From: Octopus bimaculoides
Taxonomy: Eukaryota
NCBI RefSeq assembly: GCF_001194135.2
Contig: NC_068988.1
Span: 69,618,331-69,682,330 of the forward strand
Direction: 5' to 3'
Length of the DNA: 64,000 bases
In this document: in pieces, positions 23,805 to 36,080 of the stretch
Layout: every line of letters begins with the position of its first letter
How positions within the stretch are numbered: the first letter of the stretch is position 1
Program-made: the position numbers and the translations under genes
The notes under the pieces: generated by a model
Seen by the model: the letters and a program-made list of their open reading frames with translations, nothing else
Database searches by the model: none
What the model was told of the DNA's origin: nothing

Positions 23805-25985
23805 TCAGTCTTTCGAAAATTTTTCATGAACTTCTTCTGATGGACTAGCAATGAGAATATTGTCTATATAAGCAAATACAAAAGGTAAATCTCTTGTTAT
23901 CTCGTTGATGAATCTCTGGAAAGTATTTGCTGCGTTCCTCAATCCAAAAGTCATACAAAGGAATTCATACACCCCAAATGGAATTGTAATTGATGTTTTT
24001 GGCATATTCTTCTCTTCATCAAGAATTTGATTGTATGCTCTAACTAAATCTATCTTTGAAAAGATATTACAACCACTCAAGGAAGCTGAAAAAGCATAAA
24101 TGTGGAGGATTGGATATTTATCTACTTGTGTTTTCGCATTAAGCTGTCTAAGCTCTTCACATGAATGCCAGTCTGTGAGATTTTTTTTACCAAAACTACA
24201 GGTGTTGACCAGTTACTGCTAGAAGGATGAATTATTTTGAGGTTTAACATATGATGAAATTCGGCCTTAGCAATCTTTAATTTCTCTGGAGATAATCTTC
24301 GAGATTTGGAAAAACTTGGTGGTCCATGGGTTACAATGTGATGAGTGACTGAATGAACACATTTGGTGTTTAGAGCTAATGGCTTTGTAATTACAGGGTA
24401 ATTCTTCAAAATCCTGTGATAACAGTTTTCAGAGGACACCATAAAATATTACAGACTAATTGTTGCATTCCTGCATCTCATGCCTTGAATGTTCAATGAA
24501 GTAACTGTGTCTATTAATTTTTGTTTCTTTACATCTACCAGTAAAATTGTAATGTGAAAGAAAATCTGCCCCCAATATCGGTTAAGGCAAATCTGCTCTA
24601 ATGAAAATCCACTTATATTTTCTTCTTCAATGTAAATCTAGAGTTAAACTAATTTCTTCAAATGTCTGGATATCAGACTGATAAACTGCTTGTAGAGTCA
24701 AATTAGCAAGTTTAGGTTTCTCTTTCAAAAGTTTAGGAGGTCAAATGGAACAATCTGCTCCTGTATCAACTAAGAATGTTTTTTTGGAGTTAGAGTCAAA
24801 TATGAAGAATAAACGATTTTTTATGCAGTTTGTCCATAAATTTTGTTGTGTCTAATTTGTGGTTGAGAAGTTTCCCAACCTTTTTTTGTTCAGAAAATCA
24901 AATGAGCAAGTTTTAATACAATGATCAGATTTGTCACCAAATTTTGAATGGTACCAGCATATAGCGTTTCTCTTGGGACTTTTCAATCGTCTATACCATC
25001 TTGCATTATTTCTGTTATGTGAACGCTTATCTCTTCCAAGTTGAAGATTTTCAATTTTGTCTGTTAATAATTTAAGTTATTTTTCATAAGTTTCTTTCAT
25101 CAACTGTAATTCTGAAGAAATGGATGGCAAGGCATTTACAGATTCTTTAGATGATAATTCCGAAATATTACCTGCCAAATCTGCTAATTGCTTGAGAGAG
25201 TTTACTCTTTCACCACTGAAAGTAGAGTTTGAGTGCTATGAGGCAACTTGCCAAAGAAAAATTCTTTAAGATAAGACTCCTCTATCTGTTGACTTCTGAG
25301 AAGTTCTTTCATTCTATGAAGAAGTTTAGTTGGTTTTCTGTTACCTAGTTGATCGTTATTGAACAGTTTAGTAAATTCTTTTTGCTTGGAGTTGGAAGTC
25401 CTCTTTAGTATCTCTCCCTTTATGGAAGAATGCGAAAATGGTTCAATAAGATCTATTAATAAGTCTCTAATTTCATTGCTCAGAGGTGGTGGTATGTTAC
25501 TTGACATAATGTTACATTTTTGTGCCTCTGTTGTTATTCTGTTTGCTGCAAAACTTGCTTCTAATTGAGCAAACCAGATAATGGTATCTCCCATCCAAGG
25601 AGGAAGCAAAACTGCCATAGAAGCTTGCATATATCCTCTATCAAAATAAGACATTTCAAACTCTTTAATATTTTCTTCCATTCCAATGTATTAAGATTTC
25701 CAAGAAGAAAAATTTTCACTTAGTGAAATAATGCTTTCAACAACTATGAAGTATAAATTAAGTTTGCTAAAAAGTGCAGTTAAAATTTCTTACAACTATT
25801 ATTGTTTATTTCTTTAGCGTTCTTTTTTCCTTTAACCTTTAATATCAAATGTTTCCATTAATAAAATTTTGTGTAATGAAACTGTCATCTATTTTCTATT
25901 TAAAATTTTATTTAGTTTTTACAAGGGTCACCACTTTTATGACATGGTGTAGTTACCTATTTGATCACGTCAGGGTCATCACTTT
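23805..25985 (-). mobile_element. Ty3/gypsy LTR retrotransposon, 5' half (gag, protease, partial RT), pseudogenised
   Basis: Gag ..WFAQLEASFAANRITTE..LGNRKPTKLLHRMKELL (25202-25681), protease FLVDTGAD (about 24760-24790), HSVTHHIVTHGPP..SRRLSPEKLKIAKAEF (24122-24442) and RT FSKIDLVRAYNQI..FGLRNAANTFQR..FAYIDNILIAS (23805-24080). It is truncated before RNase H and integrase. Confidence 0.92.
25964..25981 (-). promoter_or_regulatory. Primer-binding site complementary to the tRNA-Trp 3' end
   Basis: The plus strand atcacgtcagggtcatca matches the eukaryotic tRNA-Trp 3' end ATCACGTCGGGGTCACCA at 16/18. It lies upstream of gag. A second partial site gggtcacca is at 25925-25933. Confidence 0.7.
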
Positions 25986-26242
25986 TATAATGGTATTTTA
26001 TCTTATTTATATGAGTTCGACTTGGAATAGATAATAAATATATTTTATTTCTTGAGTTGGAATCTATATTGATAAACCCGTCACTTACAACTTAATTATA
26101 AGTATTATTACTATACATAAATCCTAACTCAAGCTACATATATGCCGTAGTGAAAACATATACACCAAGACACTAAAATGGACATGCTGAACGTGCGTGT
26201 ATATTGAAGATAAATAAGTTTGTGTTCTTTTTCACCACTATA
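25985..26242 (-). repeat. Putative 5' LTR of the gypsy element
   Basis: Lies immediately upstream of the PBS; the minus strand starts tatagtggtg (possibly a mutated TG start). No partner LTR is available to confirm it. Confidence 0.3.
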
Positions 26243-26871
26243 AAAACAGTTTCATAGTTGCAGAAATAAATTTCCTTAACAGGTTGAAAAATGTGAAGTA
26301 AGAGATTAATGTACATTTAATATTTACAGCACATTTAGAAGTAAAGCAATTTGTCGTAGAGAGTTATGACATAAAATTTATACTAGATAGAGTTAGCACA
26401 ATTCACATAAGTCTTGTTAGATTTAAGTAATAGATATAGCATAAAAATAGCCAAAATCTCAAAGAAGTGAGTGTTGTGGAGATGAGTGACAACCAACAGA
26501 CACTGATTAATATCTCAAAAATCAGGGTTTTTATAACTGCTCATACCTGAATTCTAAGAACTGTATTTCATGAAAGATTTCTTAGACGAAAGTTTAGAAT
26601 TCAAATATGGGCAGTAATTTTAACTAACGGCAAACTAACAATTATACTTGTTTGGGCAACATGACCATTATGTCATATTACCGCCTTTTATGACTTGCTA
26701 CAGTACCATCACCAGACAGGTTGCCTTGTTTACTGCTCTACATAGTTCTCATTCTTTTAGAAATAAATGTAACCAAGAATGTGAATAAGAGGAAAACAAT
26801 ACGTCATGTTATATACAAAAAAGTGTGCATGTGTATGTGTGTGTATATATATATATATATACATTCAGATA

Positions 26872-26913
<42 letters not shown>

Positions 26914-27090
26914 GCAGAAGCAACAGAGTGATGCAAAGGCTGAGAGTTTCATGCATTGTCACTTAACAAATTGTGTGTGTGTGTGTGTATATATATAAAA
27001 TTTATTAATAAGGATAGAAATTGATATTAATCAATTAAAACCAGTGGTCTAGCATATTAAAAAAATCCGAAGATTAAAATTATATTACAT

Positions 27091-27310
27091 ACAAAAATAA
27101 GAGGAATGACCAGCAAAAGTGGACTCCTATATGCTAGAAATAGATGCCGAATCATCTAACCACGAAAAATATGTTCTCAGTAAAAATTTATCGATACAAC
27201 AGACTGTTGTGTTGGTAAATTTTTACTGAGAACATATTTTTCGTGGTTAGATGATTCGGCATCTATTTCTAGCATATAGGAGTCCACTTTTGCTGGTCAT
27301 TCCTCATTTT

Positions 27311-27313
<3 letters not shown>
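27091..27313. repeat. Near-perfect ~220-bp palindrome with a 1-nt loop
   Basis: 27101-27190 is an exact reverse complement of 27216-27305. The centre reads acaacag-a-ctgttgt, with three mismatches at 27191-27195/27211-27215. Confidence 0.95.
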
Positions 27314-27361
<48 letters not shown>

Positions 27362-27365
<4 letters not shown>

Positions 27366-27737
27366 CCTTTCATCATCTGACACAAGATCTTCTCTTCCAG
27401 TGACCCCCTCCTCTATAGCAAGACACTTGCTTCTGCCCCTCTGTCTCTCTGTCACACTAACCTTTCATTACCTGACACAAGATACTCTCCTCCAATGCCT
27501 CCTCTCCTCTCAAAATTCCTTGTCTTACCAGTTACTTGGTGACTCGGCCGGTGCTGATGCCTTGTATAAAGCACTCAGTCCACTCTGCAGAGTTGTTGGT
27601 GTTAAGAAGGACATCCAGCCATAAATATCCTGCCAAAATAGTCACAGTAGCCTGGGGTAGTCTTCTACCTGGCTGGCTCCTGTCAAACCATCCAACCCAT
27701 GCTTGCACGGAAGGTGGACATTAAATGATGATGACGA
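27362..27737 (+). mobile_element. Longer family C element with internal duplication and (GAT)n tail
   Basis: Two copies of aacctttcat.a.ctgacacaagat (about 27364 and 27460), then gttggtgttaagaaggacatccagcc...aacccatgcttgcacggaaggtggacattaaatgatgat. Confidence 0.65.
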
Positions 27738-28599
27738 TATAGATATATATATATATATAGATAGATAGATAGATCCACATACATACATACACACATACAA
27801 ATGTATACACATATACACGCACACACACATCTGCATGATCAACTGTATACATAACCCCGCCCACTACATACTTACTCGTGTGATTCCATGGATATAAAGG
27901 TACGTAAATTATGATGTTTTGAATCAAGTCTCATTAATTAATCACTCACCTCTTCTTTGAACTTTAAATGAAAATTTGTTTCTAATTTCTTCATTCCCAA
28001 AACTCCACATCTCTTGTTCTTTTCACTCCCTAATCACAATCAGCAACACTGTCTTCATCATGCTTAATATAAATCAATAATCATTTAATCCTTGTAGTCT
28101 TATTAATTTTCTATTAGCTCTTATCTCTTTAATCTTGACTCATGTAAATTAGCAACTAGAGCCTTTTAATTACCCTCTTATGCTTTTATCTTTTCTTCTA
28201 AACTTGTTTTCTCCACTAGCTATGTTTTGAGCTCCAAGTAAATCATATTTATCTCCTTTCTCTCCTTTGTCAAATTTTACTATCATACTTTCTCATCTTA
28301 ACATTATTATAAAACTTCCAGTTCTAATCAACACAATTTAGATAATGAAATAGCTTTCTTGACATTATAACTGAAGGCATTTCTAATTGGTTGTTAAAAG
28401 GAACCACAATCTTAGAATTGTAATATCAAGTGTTTTAACATGAAATAACATGATCTTCACACTGTAAAGCTTATAATTTATTTCTTCTTTTTTATTGTTT
28501 TGCTACCAAAAAGTTGACTCTCTCTCTCTCTCTCTTGTTATATATATATATATATTACAGAGATGTACTTGCATAGCAAGTGACCTGATNNNNNNNNNN

Positions 28600-28953
28600 C
28601 CTGATCTGAGATCGTGTGCTGGAAGATATATTTGATAATATTCTTCACAGTACGCTACATTATGTCTGAAGGAAAAACAACTTAGAAGGTCCTGGCTGGT
28701 ATATCTTTTACCACTGATTAATCTGTTATGGGCTCATCTGAAGTTAAACAGCAACAACTAGTTTTGTATCAATTCTAGAGTATTTTCTCCCTCTTCCTTC
28801 TCAACTTGATCCAGTGAAACATCTAGTGAAACACATTTTGGGGCAGTTGATACAACCATTTGCTCTTCTCCCGCACAGATAACTCAGATACACCAGGTAT
28901 AAATTACTTTCACAAACAAACATCTTTAAAACACCATAGACAAATAAGTTAAG
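28600..28953 (-). mobile_element. Possible decayed L1/Tx1-type APE endonuclease region, interrupted by the mariner at 28954
   Basis: The minus strand gives GRGRKYSRIDTKLVV (SRID-like APE motif) and LNLFVYGVLKMFVCESNLYLVYL, continuing a GRGK on the far side of the mariner (about 30056-30200). Many stops. Confidence 0.3.
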
Positions 28954-30055
28954 TTTGAGAGTGGGTTGAAAGGTGTATTGGCTGACTATGAAGAAAGGAT
29001 GCAAGAGCTGTGACATTTTGTAAGCATTAATTTCAACCCTTCTTATTAATAACTGCTTCGTTTCTTTCCAGGTAAACTGACATCTGTCTGTTCAAAGAAA
29101 GATTCCAAAGTAACTAGTAGTGACTCCTCTTGAAAATGGACAAAATTTGGGATCACAGTGCTATCAAGTATGGGCAGAAAATAGGATCAGATTTAAAGAG
29201 CATTCGTGCTGACATGGTTGCTAGATTAGTGGGTGACACTTTAACTTTATCAACAATGCAAAAAAGGGCAGCTGAATTTAGGAGGGGAAGGAAGAGTCTT
29301 GAAGATGACCCAAAGTCTTAATGTCCTGCAACTCCACCACTGAGGAAAACATTGATCAAGTTCACCATAAGGTCATGAAAGACAGCTCTCCAGGCTGATT
29401 ACATCAACACAAAATCTGACATTGCTTGAGGCAGATTCAGCTGCTTTCCTTGAACATTTTCTAACTCAAGATGAATATTGGGTTCATTACTTTGAGCCAT
29501 AGACAAGGAGACAATCCATGCAGTGGAAACTCTTCTCCTCAATTGATCCAAAGAAGACCAATGTCATGTCATTTGCAGGCAAACTGATGGCCTCAGTTTT
29601 GGGGGATGCAAAAGGCATTGTGTTTATTGACTATCTTCGAAAGGGCTGCACAATCAATGGAGAGCACTATGCCAACTTGTTGAAACAGTTACAAAAGGCT
29701 ATTGAGACCAAACACTCCGGGAAACTGACAAAAAAATGTCTTGTTTCATCAGAACAATTCTTCAGCACACAAACCCTTGCTTTCAATGGCTGCTGTGCAT
29801 GACTGGGACTTTGAACTGGTTGGTCACACTCTCTGTTCACCTATTTTGGTCCCATCTGACTATCATCTGTTCCTCAATATGGAAAAACACTTGATTAGGA
29901 ACCAGCTACTTTTGAGGTCTTTGAACAGGCAGTTTACCTGGAAAGAAACATTGTAGTTATGAATATGAAGAATTAAAATTAATGCATGAAAGATTTCACA
30001 GGTCTTGCATCACTTCTTCAGAGTCAGCCTATCAACTTTTCAGCTCACCCTTGTA
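28954..30055 (+). mobile_element. Internally deleted mariner (DD34D-type) with ~65-bp TIRs
   Basis: Translations AAEFRRGRKSLEDDPKS, DEYWVHYFEP, AGKLMASVLGDAKGIVFIDYL..TINGEHYANLL, FHQNNSSAH and SPILVPSDYHLF. 28954-29020 matches the reverse complement of 29990-30055 (ggctgact.tgaagaa..gatgcaaga.ctgtga). Confidence 0.9.
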
Positions 30056-31174
30056 TTTCCCTCTACCTCAATGCTTTCACAATAAACTCATCTCACTTCA
30101 CACTAATTCTTCATGTATCTTAATCTATAAAGCCAATACTAAACATTACATCCAAAACCTTATTCTCAGGATTGTCACTTCCTGGAATTCTCTCTTTTAA
30201 CACACATTTTCTACAAAATATGGAATCTAAACAATAAACATTGTATTCATCAGTTTGGGAGAGCTTGGAAAAGTTATAGACATTATATTTTCATTTATGA
30301 CCATATTAATGAAAAAGACTATTAATATAAAATGAGTTTATATAAGGAGATTTTTGAATTCTAATTAACAATTACTTGCTTTCAAAACTATTTTCTTAAG
30401 ATGTAAAATTTTAATATGAAAATATGATAATTAGATGTATTAATACCTATAAAACACGAGATTTTCAAATTGTTATTTTACAGAGAATTAACTCCCCCCA
30501 CACACACTTCCTTTGATGTATATATTTACAATAAATTTATTTAATACAAGGAACTGCTTCAATTAAGTTAATACCCAAATGCCATGTATTAAGTACATTT
30601 TTATTAACTGAGACTAATTTTGTTGAAACACATTCAACTATTTGTAACACACAAACACAAACACACACACACACAAACTGTTGCATGGTCAGGCAAAATC
30701 CATCGAAATAGATTTTCTATGGCTAGTTCTCAAGCGAGTTAATATTTATTTCTCCCTCATATTTCTTCCTTCAAAATTTGTTTTATTTAAGTATTACCAC
30801 ATGAAATATTCTTCAGCATACTTGCAAAAAGAACTATAGATTATGAGTAAAATTAAAATTAAGACAGGAGACTTAGTTAAAGATGTTGGTATTTTTCAAT
30901 ATCAAATGTCTTAAACAATGCTTAATGGTGCATTCTATTGCAGTAGGGCACAGTTTAAGTGAATGGAGTCATGAAGTGACCAAACTAAACCTGAGCAGAA
31001 ACATTTTATGTTTTATTTCTTTAAATTATATATTATTTTAAATATTGTATGTCCTTCCAAACACTAACCACTTTATAGAGTATACTGGGTGCACTTTTCA
31101 TTGCACCAGTACGAGAGAAGTTGCATTGCTATCAGCAGGATGAAAGAGCTCTCACCCAAACCCTGTATTATCAT

Positions 31175-31571
31175 TACTCTTTTACTCTTTTACTTGTTTC
31201 AGTCATTTGACTGCGGCCATGCTGGAGCACCGCCTTTAGTTGAGAAAATCGACCCCAGGAATTATTCTTTGTAAGCCTATTACTATCAGTCTCTTTTTGC
31301 CAAACCGCTAAGTTACGGGGACGTAAACACACCAGCATCGGTTGTCAAGTGATGATGGGGGGACAAACACAGACACACTTACACATACATATATATATAT
31401 ATACATATATACGACGGGCTTCTTTCAGTTTCCACCTACCAAATCCACTCACAAGGCTTTGGTCGGCCCGAGGCTATAGTAGAAGACACTTGCCCAAGGT
31501 GCCACGCAGTGGGACTGAACCCGGAACCATGTGGTTGGTAAGCAAGCTACTTACCACACAGCCACTCCTGC
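31175..31571 (-). mobile_element. SINE family A, well-preserved full-length copy
   Basis: Reverse strand: gcaggagtggctgtgtggtaag (A-box), ccgggttcagtccc (B-box), ggcaccttgggcaagtg, internal (TA)n(TG)n, and tail ggcggtgctccagcatggccgcagtcaaatgactgaaacaagt(aaaagagt)n. Confidence 0.92.
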
Positions 31572-32747
31572 TCAATTTGATTTACTAATCAGTTGCAATG
31601 TAGAGTGTGATGTTTTGTTGTACCAGCACAGGGGAACACATGTTGTGAGCTACGAGGTGAAAGAGAGTCACTATAAGGGATGCGACAGATTTATTGTTGT
31701 GAGAGGACTATAATAGAGAGAACAATGTTTGGGAGAGTACTAGAGAAGAGAGAGAAGGAAAGGAAGAGAGTTGTGCCAGGGAGGACAAAGTGGTAATGGT
31801 GATGGGTGCTCAGTTTGCTTTCTCACCTTGCATGGGTTGAGGAAGTAATCAGGGTCTTAACCAGTTCTTATTGGTTTATTGTTGAGAGAGGACAATACAG
31901 GAGAGCTTAACAGAGACAATCGGAGAGAAGAGAGTAATAGGAAGGGAAGAGATAAACACTGTCATCTCAGGGTGTGTCTGTGTGTGTGCAACACAAAGAG
32001 AGAGTGAAAGATAAGATAGTGGGGAGGGTTAAGAAGAAATGCAGTGTTTGTGATTATAGTAAATTGTATTGTACAAATTCAGAACAATCACTATTCTATC
32101 ATTATAGATTAAGTAACAAAGAATGTTTCATAATGTCTCACACTTTAAACTAGACATTGTATAAGGAATTCAAAATCCTTTCTTCATCTCCTTTTCCAGT
32201 CTTCATAACCAATCATCACGTGTTAAATCTTTCATGCAAACTGCAAAAATGTTTTGCTGAGGATTTTATTCCACTTCAGACTTTAGTATCCTTATTTTGA
32301 ACTCTGTCTTCTTTTCACTCTGATCTTCATCCAACAGATTAAACATTGCTTCTTGTGATTTTGTTGAAGTAGCATTGACATTTTCTGGCATTTAACAATT
32401 CTTTATAAACCAAACTGATCTTTCTTCTTATTCTTGCTGCTCGTTTTCTATTCTTAATTCCATGCAAAAATATATGCCAGAGGTGTACTGAATTAAATAT
32501 TCATCATTCACCTTAATTGGAAGGAAATTTATAGCCTCAGTACAGAAGACACGGCAGAGATAATTAAAAATAAAGAATTGTTATTATGTTTTGATAAAGA
32601 AACAGTAAAGAAATATCAGAACAAAACAAAGAACCATTTTGGAAGTGAATGAAAAGTAATTTCAGAAAAAATACAAGTATAGTGCCAGTATGGTTGCTGA
32701 ATTAAGCAATTGATGAAGGAAGTTCAGGGAACAGTGAACTTTCATCA

Positions 32748-32850
32748 ATCATTTTAACGTCCACTTTTTTATATTTGCATGGGTTGGATAAAGTTTATTA
32801 ATGCAAATTTTTTATGGCTGGATGCTTTTCCTGCTACAAGCCCTCACCCC
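32748..32850 (-). mobile_element. SINE family C fragment
   Basis: Reverse strand aggaaaagcatccagccata...aacccatgcaaata...gtggacgttaaaatgattgatg. Confidence 0.6.
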
Positions 32851-33607
32851 TTTGTTGTAAAAGACAGACTCTCTAAAGTACAGTGAAGCATGTCTAAGGG
32901 GTGTATTGTTGCATAGTATGGACATCAGAAGAAATCTGGAGCAGATTAATTGACAAGATTAAATTTTAACTAATTAAAGTTTCTTTGCTTATTTGGTTTC
33001 CATGCTGAGAGTAACCAGGGTATTTTTCTCCGTAGGCATTTTGCTAAGGTACAGTAAGATGATAAGAATGTATTTCCATATATAACAGTACTTACAGTGA
33101 AATGTAGTTTGAAATTACTCAGATAGAAAAGCTAATGATGTAGTTAATAAGTGAGAGGGGTGGAGACAGAGATGGAGAAATAGATAATAATGATAGTGAT
33201 GTATTAAACAGAGTGATGTATTAAGTCTGTTATCCAGCAACAGATTTTGTTGATTAAATTTCACTCATGAGGCTTTGGTCAACTCAGGGATTATGATAGA
33301 AGACCATACAGTGAAATCAAAACTTTTGACATGATCTGCTGCAAATAGCAGCCAAATATGCTGTTTGAAAAAAGAAACAATGATAAATTATTGATGCACA
33401 ATTTGAAGCACAAATAGGAGTAAATGCTCACTGCTGGAAAGTTCTTGATCATAAGTTTGCTCAGTCAGTGCTGACCTAGAGCTAAACAAATATACAACTA
33501 AATGTTTTTATTGTTTACTTCCTTGATATTATTGCTTTGTTATTTGGAAGAATAATTTATTTAAATTTTAGCCATATGTGAATACCAAATTTCATGTAAG
33601 TATTTCT

Positions 33608-33838
33608 TATTTCTTTACTGCCTACAAGAGACTACACACAGTGGGGACAAACCAGGACAGACAAATGCATTAAGTCGATTATATCGACCCCAGTGCGTAA
33701 CTGGTACTTATTTAATTGACCTGGAAAGGATGAAAGGCAAAGTGAACCTCGGCGGAATTTGAACTCAGAACATAGTGGCAGACGAAATACTGCCGAGCAT
33801 TTTGCCTGGCGTGCTAATGTTTCTGCCAGCTCAATGCC
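33608..33838 (-). mobile_element. Full-length SINE family B variant with an 18-bp target-site duplication
   Basis: tttcatgtaagtatttct occurs at 33590-33607 and 33839-33856. Head and core are family B, but the tail (tttgtctgtcctggtttgtcccc...agtaaagaaataag) differs from other B copies. Confidence 0.9.
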
Positions 33839-34683
33839 TTTCATGTAAGTATTTCTGCTAACAATTCTAATAGACCATAACAAAAAAGCAACTGTTTCAC
33901 ACATTTGAAGTTAATCTGAGGTAATCCAAGAACATTAAGATTGTTGATTCTTCTATAAAGTTAGTTGCAGGTGGATCCAAGAAATAATAATTAGAAATTA
34001 TGGTAAATTATTTCAATTTGACTCAGACTTACTTGGCCCATTGACAGATCTAGAATTGATAGCCACAGTTAAATCATATATTCTATTAAATTGGCCAAGT
34101 GCCTATAAAGACTAGAATTCAGGAATGGGAGATCATGCATAGATGAGTTGCATTATTGAACTCAAAGTGTTTAGTATAGAAAGTAAGTTGTGCCCACCAG
34201 GGTAATGTTCAATACCAGTGCTTGATACTTTCATGAAATGGGTTTATTTAAAGAAACATTTAAAAAATTTTATCAAAAATTAAAGATTGTAATGAAAAGT
34301 AAAAAAGAAAGATACTACTGTTTTTGCAACGATAATCTTTCATGTTGAATCAACGATCATTCGTTAATTTTTGTAATAATAGCATGAGAAACCAAAATAC
34401 TTTTAATTCTGTCAGTATACAAGCAGCCCTCAAAAAACTTTCTGAGATTAAAGTGGCCTGCAATGTAATTTGAGTTGGCCATGCCTGTTCTATACAATGT
34501 ATAAATTTGTGTTTTACACGTAGGCCAATCCAAATTCTTGATCAAAGATATTCATTTCCATGATCATACAACTTCATTTCAGAAGAAAATAATGTAATTG
34601 TAGATTCACTATGAAACCATTTTCATCCCATTAATGGCCAACGTCCCTAATTTGGACAGAGATTTAAAATTTAATACAAATAT

Positions 34684-34890
34684 TCTTTTCTACTCTAGGC
34701 ACAGATCTGGAAATTTGGGGGGAGGGGCCCCAGTCGATTACATTGGTAGTCGATTAACTGGTTAATTCATCGACCCTGAAGGGATGAAAGGCAAAGTCGA
34801 CCTCAGTGGAATTTGAACTCAGAATGTAAAGACAGATGGAATACTACTAAGCATTTTGCCTGGCATGCTAACATTTCTGCCAGCTTGACA
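34684..34890 (-). mobile_element. SINE family B copy
   Basis: Reverse strand aagctggcagaaatgttagcatgccaggc...gagttcaaattccactgaggtcgactttgcctttcatcc. Confidence 0.85.
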
Positions 34891-35399
34891 CCTTTTAATA
34901 CAAATAATATTATAAAGTCTTTTCTGTTTCTTTTGTTATATACTGCATATTTACAGTATTTTTTTGAGTATATCATTAAAATAAGCAATATGACAGGAGA
35001 AATATAATCAAAGAGCCCTCAGGAGCTACGAAAATGTAAAGATTTATAAATAATATTCATCGTTGAATTATGGCCTTTAATGGGTCATGATAGTAGGATA
35101 TAATTTGTGGAATTTAGCTTCTGTTTCAGTGGGTTAAATGACCACATAGGGGATCATTTGTTGATTTGTATGTGTAAAGTTGTTTGCATGGTATGGTTTT
35201 TAAAAATATTTTTGGTCCTTGTCTTTAACATATCATCTACAACTGATTCAATGAGCAGTCACCAAGCAAGATTATCAAGGAATTGTGGAATGGAACAAAT
35301 ATCACGCAAGTTATTTTGAGAACTGAAAGCCCTTAATATATTTGTTGACCTTTTGTTGACAAGTATGAGGTGTGGCAACAGAGGCAGGTTTCGCTCTGT

Positions 35400-36080
35400 T
35401 CAGAAGCTGGCTTCTGAGCCATGTGATCTTAGGTTCAGTCCCACTGCACAGCACCTAGGGCAAATCTTTTCCTCTATAGCTCCAGACCTTGTGAGTGGGT
35501 ATGGTAGATGGAAATTGAAAGAAGCCTATTGAACATGTGTGTACACATGCACACGCACACACATGCACACGCACACATACAATATATATAAATGTGTATA
35601 TATTTTTAGGAAATTAACTGCTTTGGCCAGTCTGACAGTGACCATTGGATTTGCATTTATAAAGAGCTTAGCTGTATAGGCAACCCACCAGACTCAAATG
35701 GTCAAAGGCACATAAGTTCTCTACCTCAGATGAGTCACTCTCTGACTAGCTTTAAGAATCAACTTCCTAAAAAATATATTACTGTTCTAATGTTTTCGAG
35801 TGTGCTTCTTTTTGGGTATATGAACAACTGATGGTCTATGTGTGCATGTTTGTGTCTTTGTGCTTGTTCCTCACCACTGCTTGACACCACTGTTTTTTTT
35901 TGTTTTTCATGTCTCATTAATCTAACTGTCTGGCAAAAGAAGACTGATGGAATAGGTATAGGTACCAGACTTAAAATATGTACTGGGTGCAATTTGTTTG
36001 ACTGGAAACCTTTCAAAGTGGTACCCTAGTATAGTTGCAGTCCGTTGCAGTCCAAAGACTGAAACAAGTAAAAGATAAAA
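35400..36080 (+). mobile_element. SINE family A, head (35400-35531) and tail (35835-36080) separated by microsatellite and unrelated sequence
   Basis: ggttcagtcccactg...cctagggcaa head; tail ending gactgaaacaagtaaaagataaaa. Confidence 0.65.

Larger units (their letters stand above)
23698..26707. mobile_element. DNA-transposon-like shell with ~105-bp inverted repeats enclosing the gypsy fragment
   Basis: 23698-23802 (ggtactgtagcaagtc...aaaattacggcccatattt) is the reverse complement of 26603-26707 with scattered mismatches. AT dinucleotides flank both ends. Confidence 0.65.

Noticed and set aside
27101-27200. Hammerhead inside the 27.1-kb palindrome
   Set aside because: GAAA is followed by a hairpin, but there is no CUGANGA core and no UH cleavage triplet.
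28565-28625. Duplicated cctgat around a 10-N gap
   Set aside because: Most likely a contig-overlap artefact.
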